This document shows, in pieces, positions 30,118 through 55,400 of a DNA stretch of 64,000 nucleotides. This DNA is from Macrostomum hystrix (Eukaryota; Animalia; Platyhelminthes): contig CATNEN010000029.1 of assembly GCA_950097015.1 (NCBI GenBank), positions 1 to 64,000 on the forward strand. The letters are read 5' to 3'. The notes under the pieces are model-generated. The model saw nothing but the letters and a program-made list of their open reading frames with translations, searched no databases and had not been told where the DNA came from. The position numbers and the translations under genes are program-made. The first letter of the stretch is position 1; the number at the start of each line of letters is the position of its first letter.

Positions 30118-30710
30118 TACTCAGCAACAGCTAAAACCCCCCAACTCACGCTGTCACACGGCCCAAAAGTTTTGTATGCCATCGGTGACTCAGAAATGTG
30201 TTTCACTGCACGCCTGGGCTGGCATCGCACTGAATGGCAAAACAGAGCTTGTCATTCTGGAGCAGAGTGTAACTGGGCAGACCTATGCAGAGCTGCTACA
30301 GCAGCAGTTTCTGCCATTTGCTACGACAACCTTTGGCGGCCCGCAGAACTGCATGCTTCAAGACGACAACGCTGCGCCACATCGAGCAGCACACGTGCAG
30401 CTGCTGAAGGAGCCGTCAAAGTCTCCAGACATGAACCCCATCGAGCATGTCTGGGACTTTGTAAAGCGAAGAGTTCAGCAGGATGCCCCACAGAATGCTG
30501 AACAGTTGCGACTGGCGGTGCTGAATGCCTGGCAGCAGCTGCCCCAAGAGTTCATCAACCGGCTGGTGATCAGGATGCCACGACGAGTCACGGCACTTTT
30601 GCATGCTCGTGGTTCCTACACCCGATACTGAGACTAGAATTAAAGACATTGCTTAACTTTTGTGCCCGTGTGACAGCGTGAGTTGGGGGGGGTTTTGCTG
30701 TTGCTGAGTA
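30118..30710 (+). mobile_element. Internally deleted Tc1-like DNA transposon with a C-terminal transposase remnant (30176-30631)
   Basis: About 55-bp TIRs (TACTCAGCAACAGCTAAAACCCCCCAACTCACGCTGTCACACGG and its reverse complement) flanked by TA on both sides. Peptide has WAGI, QDDNAAPH, SPDMNPIEHVW, MPRR..A...ARG.YTRY. Confidence 0.93.
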
Positions 30711-31888
30711 TACTAAAAATATAATCTTGCGATCGAACGACAGAACTTCGTTGCATCAAATGTGCTTAATACTAACACAAAATAAAAATTCTTTGTGATA
30801 CAACAACAACTATACGAGCTAGTATTCATGCCAATCATGCTTTACCTTTAATCATGCCATGAAATTATGACATTAGATGACATTAGAAAAAAGCAAAAAA
30901 ATAAAATACTGTAATAATATCTGCCAATTCAAGTAACATAAAAATATCATAGACAATTTTCCGGGTTAACGAAACGAACTTGACAGAATTTCCTGGAAAT
31001 TTAAACTTCAATCGTGGGTATTCCGAACCAAATTTGCACGAAACTAAGAACAGGCCTTCAATTTGTTCACTTTCATTATACTAAAAATGCACTCCATTGT
31101 CTTATCTCTCACTGTGTTATCTTTTCACTGTCTCGTCTTGTTTTGCTTATCCAATCCATTCTCTCACCGCTATCTTGTCTCACCTCTCTCTTTTTCCACA
31201 TCTCTCCTGTCTCACCTATCCCGTCTCACCTCTCCCGTGTCTCATCTCTCCCATGTTTCATCTGCCACCTGTCGCACTTCCATTCTGTCTTATCTCTCCA
31301 GTGTCTCATCTCTCCACTGTCTTTTGTCTCCCGTGACTCTACCGTGACTCATCTTTTAACTTTCTTATACTAGCGTATTTCCTTTCGTATCTCAATTTCT
31401 TTCAGCAAAAGAAGCAGAACAGGTTGCCCGCCCCAAGTCAACAGCTTCGCCCCTACACAATCCCGTCCCTAGCACAAAAAATTGCACAGGAAGTTTCACT
31501 TCACTAAAATGTCTATGGTAAAAAACAACAATTCTATCTATGCATTACGGGCGCGCTGCTTTAATGGTGGACATACTACACACACGCATTATTCTATGGC
31601 CTAAACGAGTCCCGCAATCACATCTCTCTTGTGCTTGTACCAAACACAAAAACTTTGTCTATGGCCAATCTTTAAAGATAACTATAACTACGCAATAATC
31701 GGGACGCAATGATTAGGCCATAGAATAAGGAAATATAACATCCTGTGGTTTTTAATTAGCGCCCTTAAAGCATGGGTACTTTTGTTTACTATTTACAGTG
31801 AGAAGTAGCATACAAACAAATGTTTATTGCACGGTGCTTGTCGATATAAAAATTCAGGTCCCCATTTTCTTTCCACTTTTTTTCTAGT

Positions 31889-45006
<13,118 letters not shown>

Positions 45007-45414
45007 TCTCCAGTCTGGTCAGTTAAACCTTTTTATAACTGCCTGATTGGCCTCTCATTGGCTGGTGCAAACCAGTTTTGTTTTCAACCAGTAGCATAAC
45101 AGAACTATTCAAGCTCTGTTTCAGGCTTAGTATAAAGAATTTACACCTGCAATGGATTATTTAAACCGAAAGCCAGTTGGGACAATAAAGCCTCTTATTA
45201 ACTCGCTACTTTTTAAGGCCCAAAATTTTTCCGTCTCCGAATGAAAAAATTGCCGCTTTTCCTAGATTTTTTGCTGAAAAATCTGTCACCGTAATTGCAC
45301 AGTTGTGTTTTCTGTTTTCGATCGAAATTGGACAGGTTTTGGCGAGATAATCTTCGTCTACAATTTGTAAAAACAAATGCTCGTACTTTAGCAAATCTAA
45401 TCTAGCAAAGCTCG

Positions 45415-46050
45415 TACCTAGCAGTTATCTACCTAGCAGTTATCTACCTAGCAGTTATCTACCTAGCAGTTATCTACCTAGCAGTTATCTACCTAGCAGT
45501 TATCTACCTAGCAGTTATCTACCTAGCAGTTATCTACCTAGCGCTTATCTACCTAGCAGTTTTCTGCCTAGCAGTTATCTACCTAGCAGTTATCTACCTA
45601 GCAGTTATCTACCTAGCAGTTATCTACCTAGCAGTTATCTACCTAGCAGTTATCTACCTAGCGCTTATCTACCTAGCGGTTATCTACCTAGCAGTTATCT
45701 ACCTAGCGCTTATCTACCTAGCAGTTTTCTGCCTAGCAGTTATCTACCTAGCAGTTATCTACCTAGCAGTTATCTACCTAGCAGTTTTCTACCTAGCAGT
45801 TATCTACCTAGCAGTTATCTACCTAGCAGTTATCTACCTAGCAGTTATCTACCTAGAAGTTATCTACCTAGCAGTTGTCTGCCTAGCAGTGTTCTACCTA
45901 GCAGTTATCTACCTAGCAGTTATCTACCTAGCAGTTATCTACCTAGCTGTTATCTACCTAGCAGTTATCTACCTAGCAGTTATCTACCTAGCGCTTATCT
46001 ACCTAGCGCTTATCTACCTAGCAGTTATCTGCCTAGCAGTTACCTAGCAA
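45415..46050. repeat. 15-bp minisatellite (TTATCTACCTAGCAG)
   Basis: About 42 copies, between the two receptor genes. Confidence 0.95.
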
Positions 46051-46684
46051 TTGTCTAATTCTAAGAACATGCAGCGGTAATATTTTCAAAAATATTCTGT
46101 TACAATTTTCATTTCCTTATCTTACAAAATTATTAAAGAATGTGTACAATATTTCCAACATCCTACTTTAAGTACAAAGTTATCGATAAGAAAAAATGGA
46201 TTTTAAGATAAGCAAATTGAATTCCAAAACAATTAGAGAACCAGCTCTAAAAAAGATAATTACCCTGTTAGATAAGCATAGAAAAGCACCTGAAATATCC
46301 CAGAAACACTCTTTGATGAAGAGCGGATTATTCTTCTACAGCCGCCCTCCACCAACTGCCTGGGTCATTTAATCCCATTTCCTCAGTCGCCAGCCTCAGC
46401 TGGGGGCACGTGACGGGGAATTAATTACCGACCTCCATTACTTTTATCCTCAGGATGTAAGAGAAAAATAGCACAGCAACGGCGGGTCATGCATCAAATT
46501 CTATTCAAACCGGCGATCATAAATACAGCCTGTTTCTGACACTGTCCAGTGCTGTCCAGCTGTAACTGCTTTGACGGCAATTTGTCAACTCTCAGTAAAG
46601 CACACTTTGCGATGCGCTGATAAACAGAGCATTTGGAAACACTCGCTTTATTACTAACCTAACGTGAGATAGCGCGCAAGGGCC

Positions 46685-48975
46685 TAAGACAGCCTCACCT
46701 GAGTATCTGGAGGATGAGACAGCCTCACCTGAGTATCTGGAGGATGAGACAGCCTCACCTGAGTATCTAGAGAGTGAGACAGCCGCACCTGAGTATGCAT
46801 GGAGGGTGAGACAGCCGCACCTGAGTATCTAGAGAGTGAGACAGCCTCACCTGAGTATCTAGAGAGTGAGGCAGCCGCACCTGAGTATGTGGAGGGTGAG
46901 ACAGCCTCACATGAGTATCTAGAGAGTGAGACAGCCTCACCTGAGTATCTAGAGAGTGAGACAGCCTCACCTGAGTATGTGGAGGGTGAGACAGCCGCAC
47001 CTGAGTATCTAGAGAGTGAGACAGCCGCACCTGAGTATGTGGAGGGTGAGACAGCCTCACATGAGTATCTAGAGAGTGAGACAGCCTCACCTGAGTATCT
47101 AGAGAGTGAGACAGCCTCACCTGAGTATGTGAAGGGTGAGACAGCCGCACCTGAGTATCTAGAGAGTGAGACAGCCGCACCTGAGTATGTGGAGGGTGAG
47201 ACAGCCGCACCTGAGTATCTAGAGAGTGAGACAGCCTCACCTGAGTATCTAGAGAGTGAGACAGCCGCACCTGAGTATGTGGAGGGTGAGACAGCCTCAC
47301 CTGAGTATGTGGAGGGTGAGACAGCCTCACCTGAGTATGTGGAGGGTGAGACAGCCTCACCTGAGTATGTGGAGGGTGAGACAGCCGCATCTGAGTATGT
47401 GGAAGGTGAGACAGCCTCACCTGAACATCTGGAGGGTGAGACAGCCTACATAGTATCAGGAGGATGATACAGCCGGACCTGAGTATGTGGAGGATGAGAC
47501 AGCCTCACCTGAACATCTGGAGGGTCAAACAGCCGCACCTGAGTATGTGGAGGGTGAGACAGCCGCACCTGAGTATCTAGAGAGTGAGACAGCCTCACCT
47601 GAGTATCTAGAGAGTGAGACAGCCGCACCTGAGTATGTGGAGGGTGAGACAGCCGCACCTGAGTATCTAGAGAGTGAGACAGCCTCACCTGAGTATCTAG
47701 AGAGTGAGACAGCCGCACCTGAGTATCTAGAGAGTGAGACAGCCTCACCTGAGTATCTAGAGAGTGAGACAGCCGCACCTGAGTATGTGGAGGGTGAGAC
47801 AGCCTCACCTGAGTATGTGGAGGGTGAGACAGCCTCACCTGAGTATGTGGAGGGTGAGACAGCCGCACCTGAGTATGTGGAGGGTGAGACAGCCTCACCT
47901 GAGTATGTGGAGGGTGAGACAGCCGCACCTGAGTATGTGGAGGGTTAGACAGCCGCACCTGAGTATGTGGAGGATGAGACAGCCGCACCTGAGTATGTGG
48001 AGGATGAGACAGCCGCACCTGAGTATGTGGAGGGTGAGACAGCCGCACCTGAGTATGTGGAGGATGAGACAGCCGCACCTGAGTATGTGGAGGATGAGAC
48101 AGCCTCACCTGAGTATGTGGAGGGTGAGACAGCCTCACCTGAGTATGTGGAGGGTGAGACAGCCTCACCTGAGTATGTGGAGGATGATACAGCCGGACCT
48201 GAGTATGTGGAGGATGAGACAGCCTCACCTGAACATCTGGAGGGTCAAACAGCCGCACCTGAGTATGTGGAGGGTGAGACAGCCGCACCTGAGTATCTAG
48301 AGAGTGAGACAGCCTCACCTGAGTATCTAGAGAGTGAGACAGCCGCACCTGAGTATGTGGAGGGTGAGACAGCCGCACCTGAGTATCTAGAGAGTGAGAC
48401 AGCCTCACCTGAGTATCTAGAGAGTGAGACAGCCGCACCTGAGTATGTGGAGGGTGAGACAGCCTCACCTGAGTATGTGGAGGGTGAGACAGCCGCACCT
48501 GAGTATGTGGAGGGTGAGACAGCCTCACCTGAGTATGTGGAGGGTGAGACAGCCGCACCTGAGTATGTGGAGGGTTAGACAGCCGCACCTGAGTATGTGG
48601 AGGATGAGACAGCCGCACCTGAGTATGTGGAGGATGAGACAGCCGCACCTGAGTATGTGGAGGATGAGACAGCCGCACCTGAGTATGTGGAGGATGAGAC
48701 AGCCGCACCTGAGTATGTGGAGGATGAGACAGCCGCACCTGAGTATGTGGAGGATGAGACAGCCGCACCTGAGTATGTGGAGGATGAGACAGCCGCACCT
48801 GAGTATGTGGAGGGTGAGACAGCCGCACCTGAGTATGTGGAGGATGAGACAGCCGCACCTGAGTATGTGGAGGGTGAGACAGCCGCACCTGAGTATGTGG
48901 AGGATGAGACAGCTGCACCTGAGTATGTGGAGGGTTAGACAGCCGCACCTGGGTATGTGGAGGGTGAGACAGCCT
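46685..48975. repeat. 30-bp minisatellite (GAGACAGCCGCACCTGAGTATGTGGAGGGT) with a 720-bp internal duplication
   Basis: About 76 copies. The rare variant GATGATACAGCCGGACC recurs at about 47463 and 48183. Confidence 0.95.
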
Positions 48976-49443
48976 GAGCAAAAGTTGCACATCTTCTTGT
49001 GCTTAACCTGCAAGCCAGTGGTTTCCTAGAATTTCCGAACCAAACGTGAAAGATTTTAGGTTAGGCACTTTTTATCCCGGCACAAGACAAATTTGCAAAT
49101 CAGAGATTTTTCTGTAAAGGTGTAGGTGAAATACTTCGTATTAAAAAAGTCAATAATAAAAAGTTTCCAGAAAGAGTTGACAATTTTCAATGCATACTTC
49201 AGTGTGTTTGCTTACTCCACTGTAGTTGATGCACTGAGCAACCAATGGCAGCTCAACTGGCAGGGTTGGCTAAAAGCCATAAGGGATGTAGGAAACAGAC
49301 TGAGCCCCAATCTGATTGGTTCTGGTGGGTTGACAAACTTTTATAAAAAGTCTTGTCGATGACTTTAGGAGTTTTACCAAAAATAGCAAACGTTGCCGAA
49401 CGGAGTTAGACACCGATTGGTAAAATCTGCTAAGCGACCAACA

Positions 49444-52400
49444 ATGAGCAAACACCTGGCGGCCATTGTATTTATGCTCGCTGCTGTCTGCGCTGGCGAG
49501 GAGCTGCGTATTGGTGAGTCTGAAGAAAATAGAAACCTTTAGCTGCCTCCCAGGCTTTTCAAATCCTTTAGATAAGGTCACATCTAACCCAACTCGTTAA
49601 AATAGGACTACGCTAAAATCCGCCCCTTCACTAACCTATCCGCCTCCTTCACTAACCAATCCGCCCCTTCACTAACCAATCCGCCCCTTCACTAACCAAT
49701 CCGCCCCTTCACTAACCAATCCGCCTCCTTCACTAACCAATCCGCCCGTTCACTAACCAATCCGCCCCTTCACTAACCAATCCGCCTCCTTCACTAACCA
49801 ATCCGCCCGTTCACTAACCAATCCGCCCCTTCACTAACCAATCCGCCCCTTCACTAACCAATCCGCCCCTTCACTAACCAATCCGCCCCTTCACTAACCA
49901 ATCCGCCCGTTCACTAACCAATCCGCCCCTTCACTAACCAATCCGCCCCTTCACTAACCAATCCGCCCGTTCACTAACCAATCCGCCCCTTCACTAACCA
50001 ATCCGCCCCTTCACTAACCAATCCGCCCGTTCACGAACAGTTTAACCATCTCAATCTAAATTTTCCGCCCTTAACGATGAACTAACAAACTTTCAAATCC
50101 GTCCGACGTCAGCGTCGGCAAGATATTCAGCGATTCTCGTCGCGACAAGGACAAATTACAATGCTCCGTATGAATCTCTTCGACATATCCACATTGGTTT
50201 AAAAGTGTAAAAATTACCAATGCAATTTAGTCAACAATGATAGCCAAGATGATTAAATGATGCAATTTTGTGAGCAGAAAATGTTTGCCACCCAACACTC
50301 CGACAAAAATCGTTGAATGTCTCGACGATGCCGATGTTCTGTGAATCTGGAAGTTGTCTCATCAAATACGAGACCTGGCTCGTAGAGCAGAAAATTTTTG
50401 GATCTTCGTCGACCGCGAATTTTCAAATTTGGCAAATCGACCTTTTTAGATAGGGTCATCTAAGCGCGACATCTTATGAGTTAGGGTGCAGCAGCGAAGA
50501 GAAGGCTTGGGGACTTCCAGTGCAATGTACTCCCACGGGCACAGTAGGGTGTACAGTGCATAGCAATAAGAAAGTCAGGGCTCAGGAGTCAGTGGAATGG
50601 GCGGAATTGCCTCTCGCTGGCTGCGGGTCTACCTCGCACCAAATGATGTGCCAGTGCTCACAGCCCTCATGAAAATGTCATAATTGTTATTTATAAGCAC
50701 CGCTGGAATAAATCGGAATGTTTAAAAATTTCTGTTGAATTTTAATTAACAAACCATTTTGTCATCCGTAAGTTATAGCCGTTTGTCAGAAAAAGCCATA
50801 AAGTAAGGCTCAGTCCATTGTATAATTTAGTATTCTATGAAAAACTTCTGCGCTTAGGGGAGTAATTGCCCAATCAGCTAATATCATTTTAATGACATAT
50901 TTGTGACTCACAACGAAGAGGCTTTAATAACCATAACTACCTACCTTTTCCTGGGATGCCTTTAACCAAATATTGATTAATGAAATTCTAAACACATTGC
51001 AGTTTTCGTTCTGCCAAAAAACGGATAGAAAATAATAATTATGAAAAAAAACTGGAGCAGAATAAAATGAAACAACAAAGAAAGCTCCAAAACAAAACCG
51101 GGTGCTCAGTTTCTGCCGCTAGTCGTTTGTTGGTCAGCTGCACATGTCCAGACTCTAAATCACCTTTGTTTGACTTTGCTGAATAATTGATTAACTGTAT
51201 GGGAGTATTATGGACAGGTCTGAGTGCATCGACTCCAAATCTACTTTCTCACCATAATGTTTACAAAATTCTGCATTTCTGCATAATATAGCCTTGGGTT
51301 GTACAACCAGCAACCTAAAAATCATGCAATTTTAGCAGTTTGAGAATTCGATTATGTACAAACGGTACTCATGTTCTGTAGTCATGTGCCCAGACTCGTT
51401 AGTTAACATAATAGTACAAAGAGGACTTAGAAGCCACGAACTGTGGGATAGTTTCGATAGAGGCGTGGTTAAGATGAGTCAGCAAATTTTTTCGGCTCTC
51501 CCAGAAAGGGGGTTAAAATAGCTAGTTCACATATACTAAAAGTAACCTTTTCTATTTTTATTTATCTGGCTCAGCAATTCAAGCATGCAGATACCATTTT
51601 ATAAACCTCACAATGCGGTGTTAGGGCATTGTGCAAACACCGTTTGTACTCTTAGCTTAGTTACAGATGAATAGAGCCGTAGTGAATAACGATTTTCGGT
51701 GGTGTCTGTCTTCGATCAGTAGAGAGTCAAGCCGAAGGAGGAATGTCATTTGTGGCTGGTTGGGATGGGTGAAGTGCGCGTAACGAGAATACCTTTCAGT
51801 GAAGTAGAAACTCGAAGGAACATAGTGCCTACCACTAAGCTTTTGCGTGAGAAAGAGCAGGCGAGTAAGTCGGGATAGGAGAACAGCTTCAAAGAAGATG
51901 TCATGTGACTATAAGTCTAAGCAAGAAAAAAGCTGCTTTTCCGGTGGCTGAAGCTTGTGATAGTTGAATAAGTACGCTCAAACTCTCGCGCTCCACACTG
52001 CTCCAAAACTTTGTGATGAGAAACGTTCCATGGAGTTAGTGAGAGTATCAGGCCGTCAGTGGAAGTATCATGCAGTCAGTGAGAGTATCAGGCAGTCAGT
52101 GGAAGTATCAGGCAGTCAGTGAGAGTATCAGGCAGTCAGTGGAAGTATCAGGCAGTCAGTGAGAGTATCAGGCCGTCAGTGGAAGTATCATGCAGTCAGT
52201 GAGAGTATCAGGCCGTCAGTGTGAGTATCTGGGATTTCATGTCCCAACTCCTTGTCGGCAAACTTATCCAAAGGCCATATCCAAGAAAAAGAATAGACAA
52301 GGCTATTTGCTTTTCATTAGCCCAGCTTGTGCAGCTGAGTTAATGGCATAGCGCGTTGCAGCGCGAGTCACTCACAACTTATCTTGCAGGCTTTCTAGTG

Positions 52401-55400
52401 CCAGCCCAGTCCAGCAGTATTGCGGGTCAGTTTTCTGTTGAACAAATTGTTTCCTTCAACCGATCAACAGACGGAGCTAATGTGCAGGTACTTGGAGCAG
52501 TCTTCAGTGTGGACTTCGCACTGAGTGAGTTTGGTTGTTGATTTTTGTGGCTAATATACGTACCCGTACGTAATGTTTATTGATGTGGTGGTGCCAGGAC
52601 TACCTCAGACTCTGAAGCAATTCATCCAAGATTTAATTAATGTGGAATGCTTTAATTAATTGAATTTCTTGTGACGAGTGGGCTAGTAGTAAAAGTGGAA
52701 GCAGTATTGATTTTTTGTTTTTTAGGAGACTATTTGTACTTTAATTCGATTGTATACTATTCTGCTGATTGAAAATCTTCATTCTTATTATAAGCTATAG
52801 ACAGCTTGTTTGTCTGCTTCTCATTTCGTCCGTGTGTCTGTCTGCCAGTCGATGTGTTTTGTCTGTCACTCCGGCTGTAAGTGGCTGAAGGCTGCGTTTT
52901 TTGGCCGAAGCGAAAAGTCTGTCTGTGGACGTGTCTGCCAGTCAATCTTTTGACGTGTCTGTCTGTCAGTCTCTCGACGTGTCTGTCAGTCTGTCTGGCT
53001 CCTGTCACTGCACTCCATCCGCTGATGGCCTACCTCATTGTGAACCAGCCGAGTCCCTGCAGACGTGGCGCCCACACTTTCTCATCAACTACCTGGCCTG
53101 CCCGCTGCCACCTGCCACCGCCACCGCTGCGGGCTTCATTGAGATCGTCCTGGACGCCGCCGACTGCCGCGACTCGACGGTTGTCTCGGATGCCGCAAAG
53201 AACGGATCGGCGATTGTCCTGCAGTCAGGAGCCTGGCCGGCGGCGGCCGTTGAGCTAGTCAATAACTTCTCCAGCTTGGCCATTGTGCTGGGCCAGTCAG
53301 TGACCGGTGAGTGACCCCCAACCCCCTCCTCAACGATGAACTAAATTTCAAAACCGTCCAACGTCAGCATCGTCGAGATAATCAGCGATTCTTGACGAAG
53401 ACCATGGTGACATGAACAAAAAATATTTCTCAGTATACAACCCCTTTGACGAATCCCTGTTGGTTCAAAAGTTTGTAAAAAAACATTAATATCCGACATG
53501 ATTACATGGTGAAATTTTCAGAATAATTTTTTGCTACTACTGGTGGTTTTCGCCACCAGAATTGTTGAATACCTCGACGATGTCGATGTTTTTGTGATTC
53601 TGGAAGTTATTTCATCGGATAGAGTGGAAAATCGTATCCTGTTTCTAGCATTTTCATGACAATTTGTTGAATATTTTAAGAGATGCAGAAAAAAAGAAAA
53701 ATGTGGATACTAGAAATGCCCACCTGTTCTTTCTGCTGTCAACCAATTCTTTGGGATGCTGACTCGGAGCACCTGGTCACGGCACTCAGCAATGTCCGCA
53801 TGAGATTATCTGGTCTATTCCTATATTCACAATTCCCTAAGCCCAATGAGATGTCTAGCATCTTAGTACACAGGCATTGTTCATGCCATCTGCACACTGT
53901 CCAATGCATGCCTTAAGTGTCGATGCAAAGTTCAAATTGAGTCTGCCTGAGTTGTTTGGAAAAAAAAGACGAAAGATCAATAATGTTTAGGTGCGCTGAC
54001 CAACTTAGCAAACCTAAGTTGTGCAAAAAAAATTAATTACATTTTTTGGCCTATAATGACCAATCCACTCCTTCACTAACCTATCCGCCTCCTTCACAAA
54101 CCAATCCGCCTCCTTCACTAACCAATCCGCCTCCTTCACTAACCAATCCGCCCCTTCACTAACCAATTCGCCCGCTCACTAACCAATCCGCCCCTTCACT
54201 AACCAATCCGCCGCTTCACTAACCAATCCGCTCCTTCGCTAACCAATCCGCCGCTTCACTAACCAATCCGCCTCCTTCACTAACCAATCCGCCTCCTTCA
54301 CTAACCAATCCGCCTCCTTCACTAACCAATCCGCCTCCTTCACTAACCAATCTGCCTCCTTCACTAACCAATCCGCCTCCTTCACTAACCAATCCGCCTC
54401 CTTCACTAATCAATCCGCCTCCTTCACTAACCAATCCGCCTCCTTCACTAACCAATCCGCCTCCTTCACTAACCAATCCGCCTCCTTCACTAACCAATCC
54501 GCCTCCTTCACTAACCAATCCGCCTCCTTCACTAACCAATCCGCCTCCTTCACTAACCAATCCGCCTCCTTCACTAACCAATCCGACTCCTTCACTAACC
54601 AATCCGACTCCTTCACTAACCAATCCGCCTCCTTCACTAACCAATCCGCCTCCTTCACTAACCAATCCGCCTCCTTCACTAACCAAATCCACCCCGTCAC
54701 TAACACATCCGCCCCCCCAAAAGCCTCTATTCCTGTACCAAAGCCGGCCCGATCCGCCCCTACGCCAGGCCCCTCAGCGGAGCTGCTACGCCGCTTATCG
54801 TCAGGCTGGCAGCAGAACCGGCAGCTGACTCTGGTTCCAGTCGATGACTACGTGTACTCTGGCGGCTACAACCTGACTGCTGGAATTTCTACAGCCGATG
54901 CAGCGCTTTTATTGGCCACAAATCAAGCTCAATTAGCAGCTGCCATCAAACAAGTGAGTGGAGTCGCTGCAATAAGAATAATGATAAGAATTGCAGGAGG
55001 GCTGCGGGCAATGGCACATCAGGTGGTGACACTAGACCTGCAGCCAGCGAGGAGGCAATTCTGCCCATTTTCGCTGACTCCTGAGCACACGCGCACACGG
55101 ATACCGTACGCAGGCACACTCACACAGGTTTATTCATCTGTATCTGCTGAGTTTCTTGGAGGTTGGCCCCCAATGGCGTAAATTGCACGACAAGCCCCCA
55201 AGCCTTCTCTCCGCGGCTGCGCCCCATATGAATGAATGTGGCCTCGACGCGGAATCGAGCTTAGGGACCTTGGTGCGAGAGGCGACCGTGGGTCGCTGTT
55301 AAAATACTTCAGTATGTCAATTTAATTTGCTTAAATTCACATATTTGTTTACTGTCCAACAATTTTCTAATTGCAAACTGATCGCATTACCAATTAGCTA

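Noticed and set aside
30176-30631. Active or domesticated transposase gene
   Set aside because: It lacks the DNA-binding domain and the first catalytic Asp, and has a 9-codon deletion in the D-E interval.
46685-49029. ETAAPEYVEG / HPPHTQVRLS repeat ORFs as a gene between the receptors
   Set aside because: A 30-bp array with internal stops, non-synonymous unit variation and no unique coding flanks.
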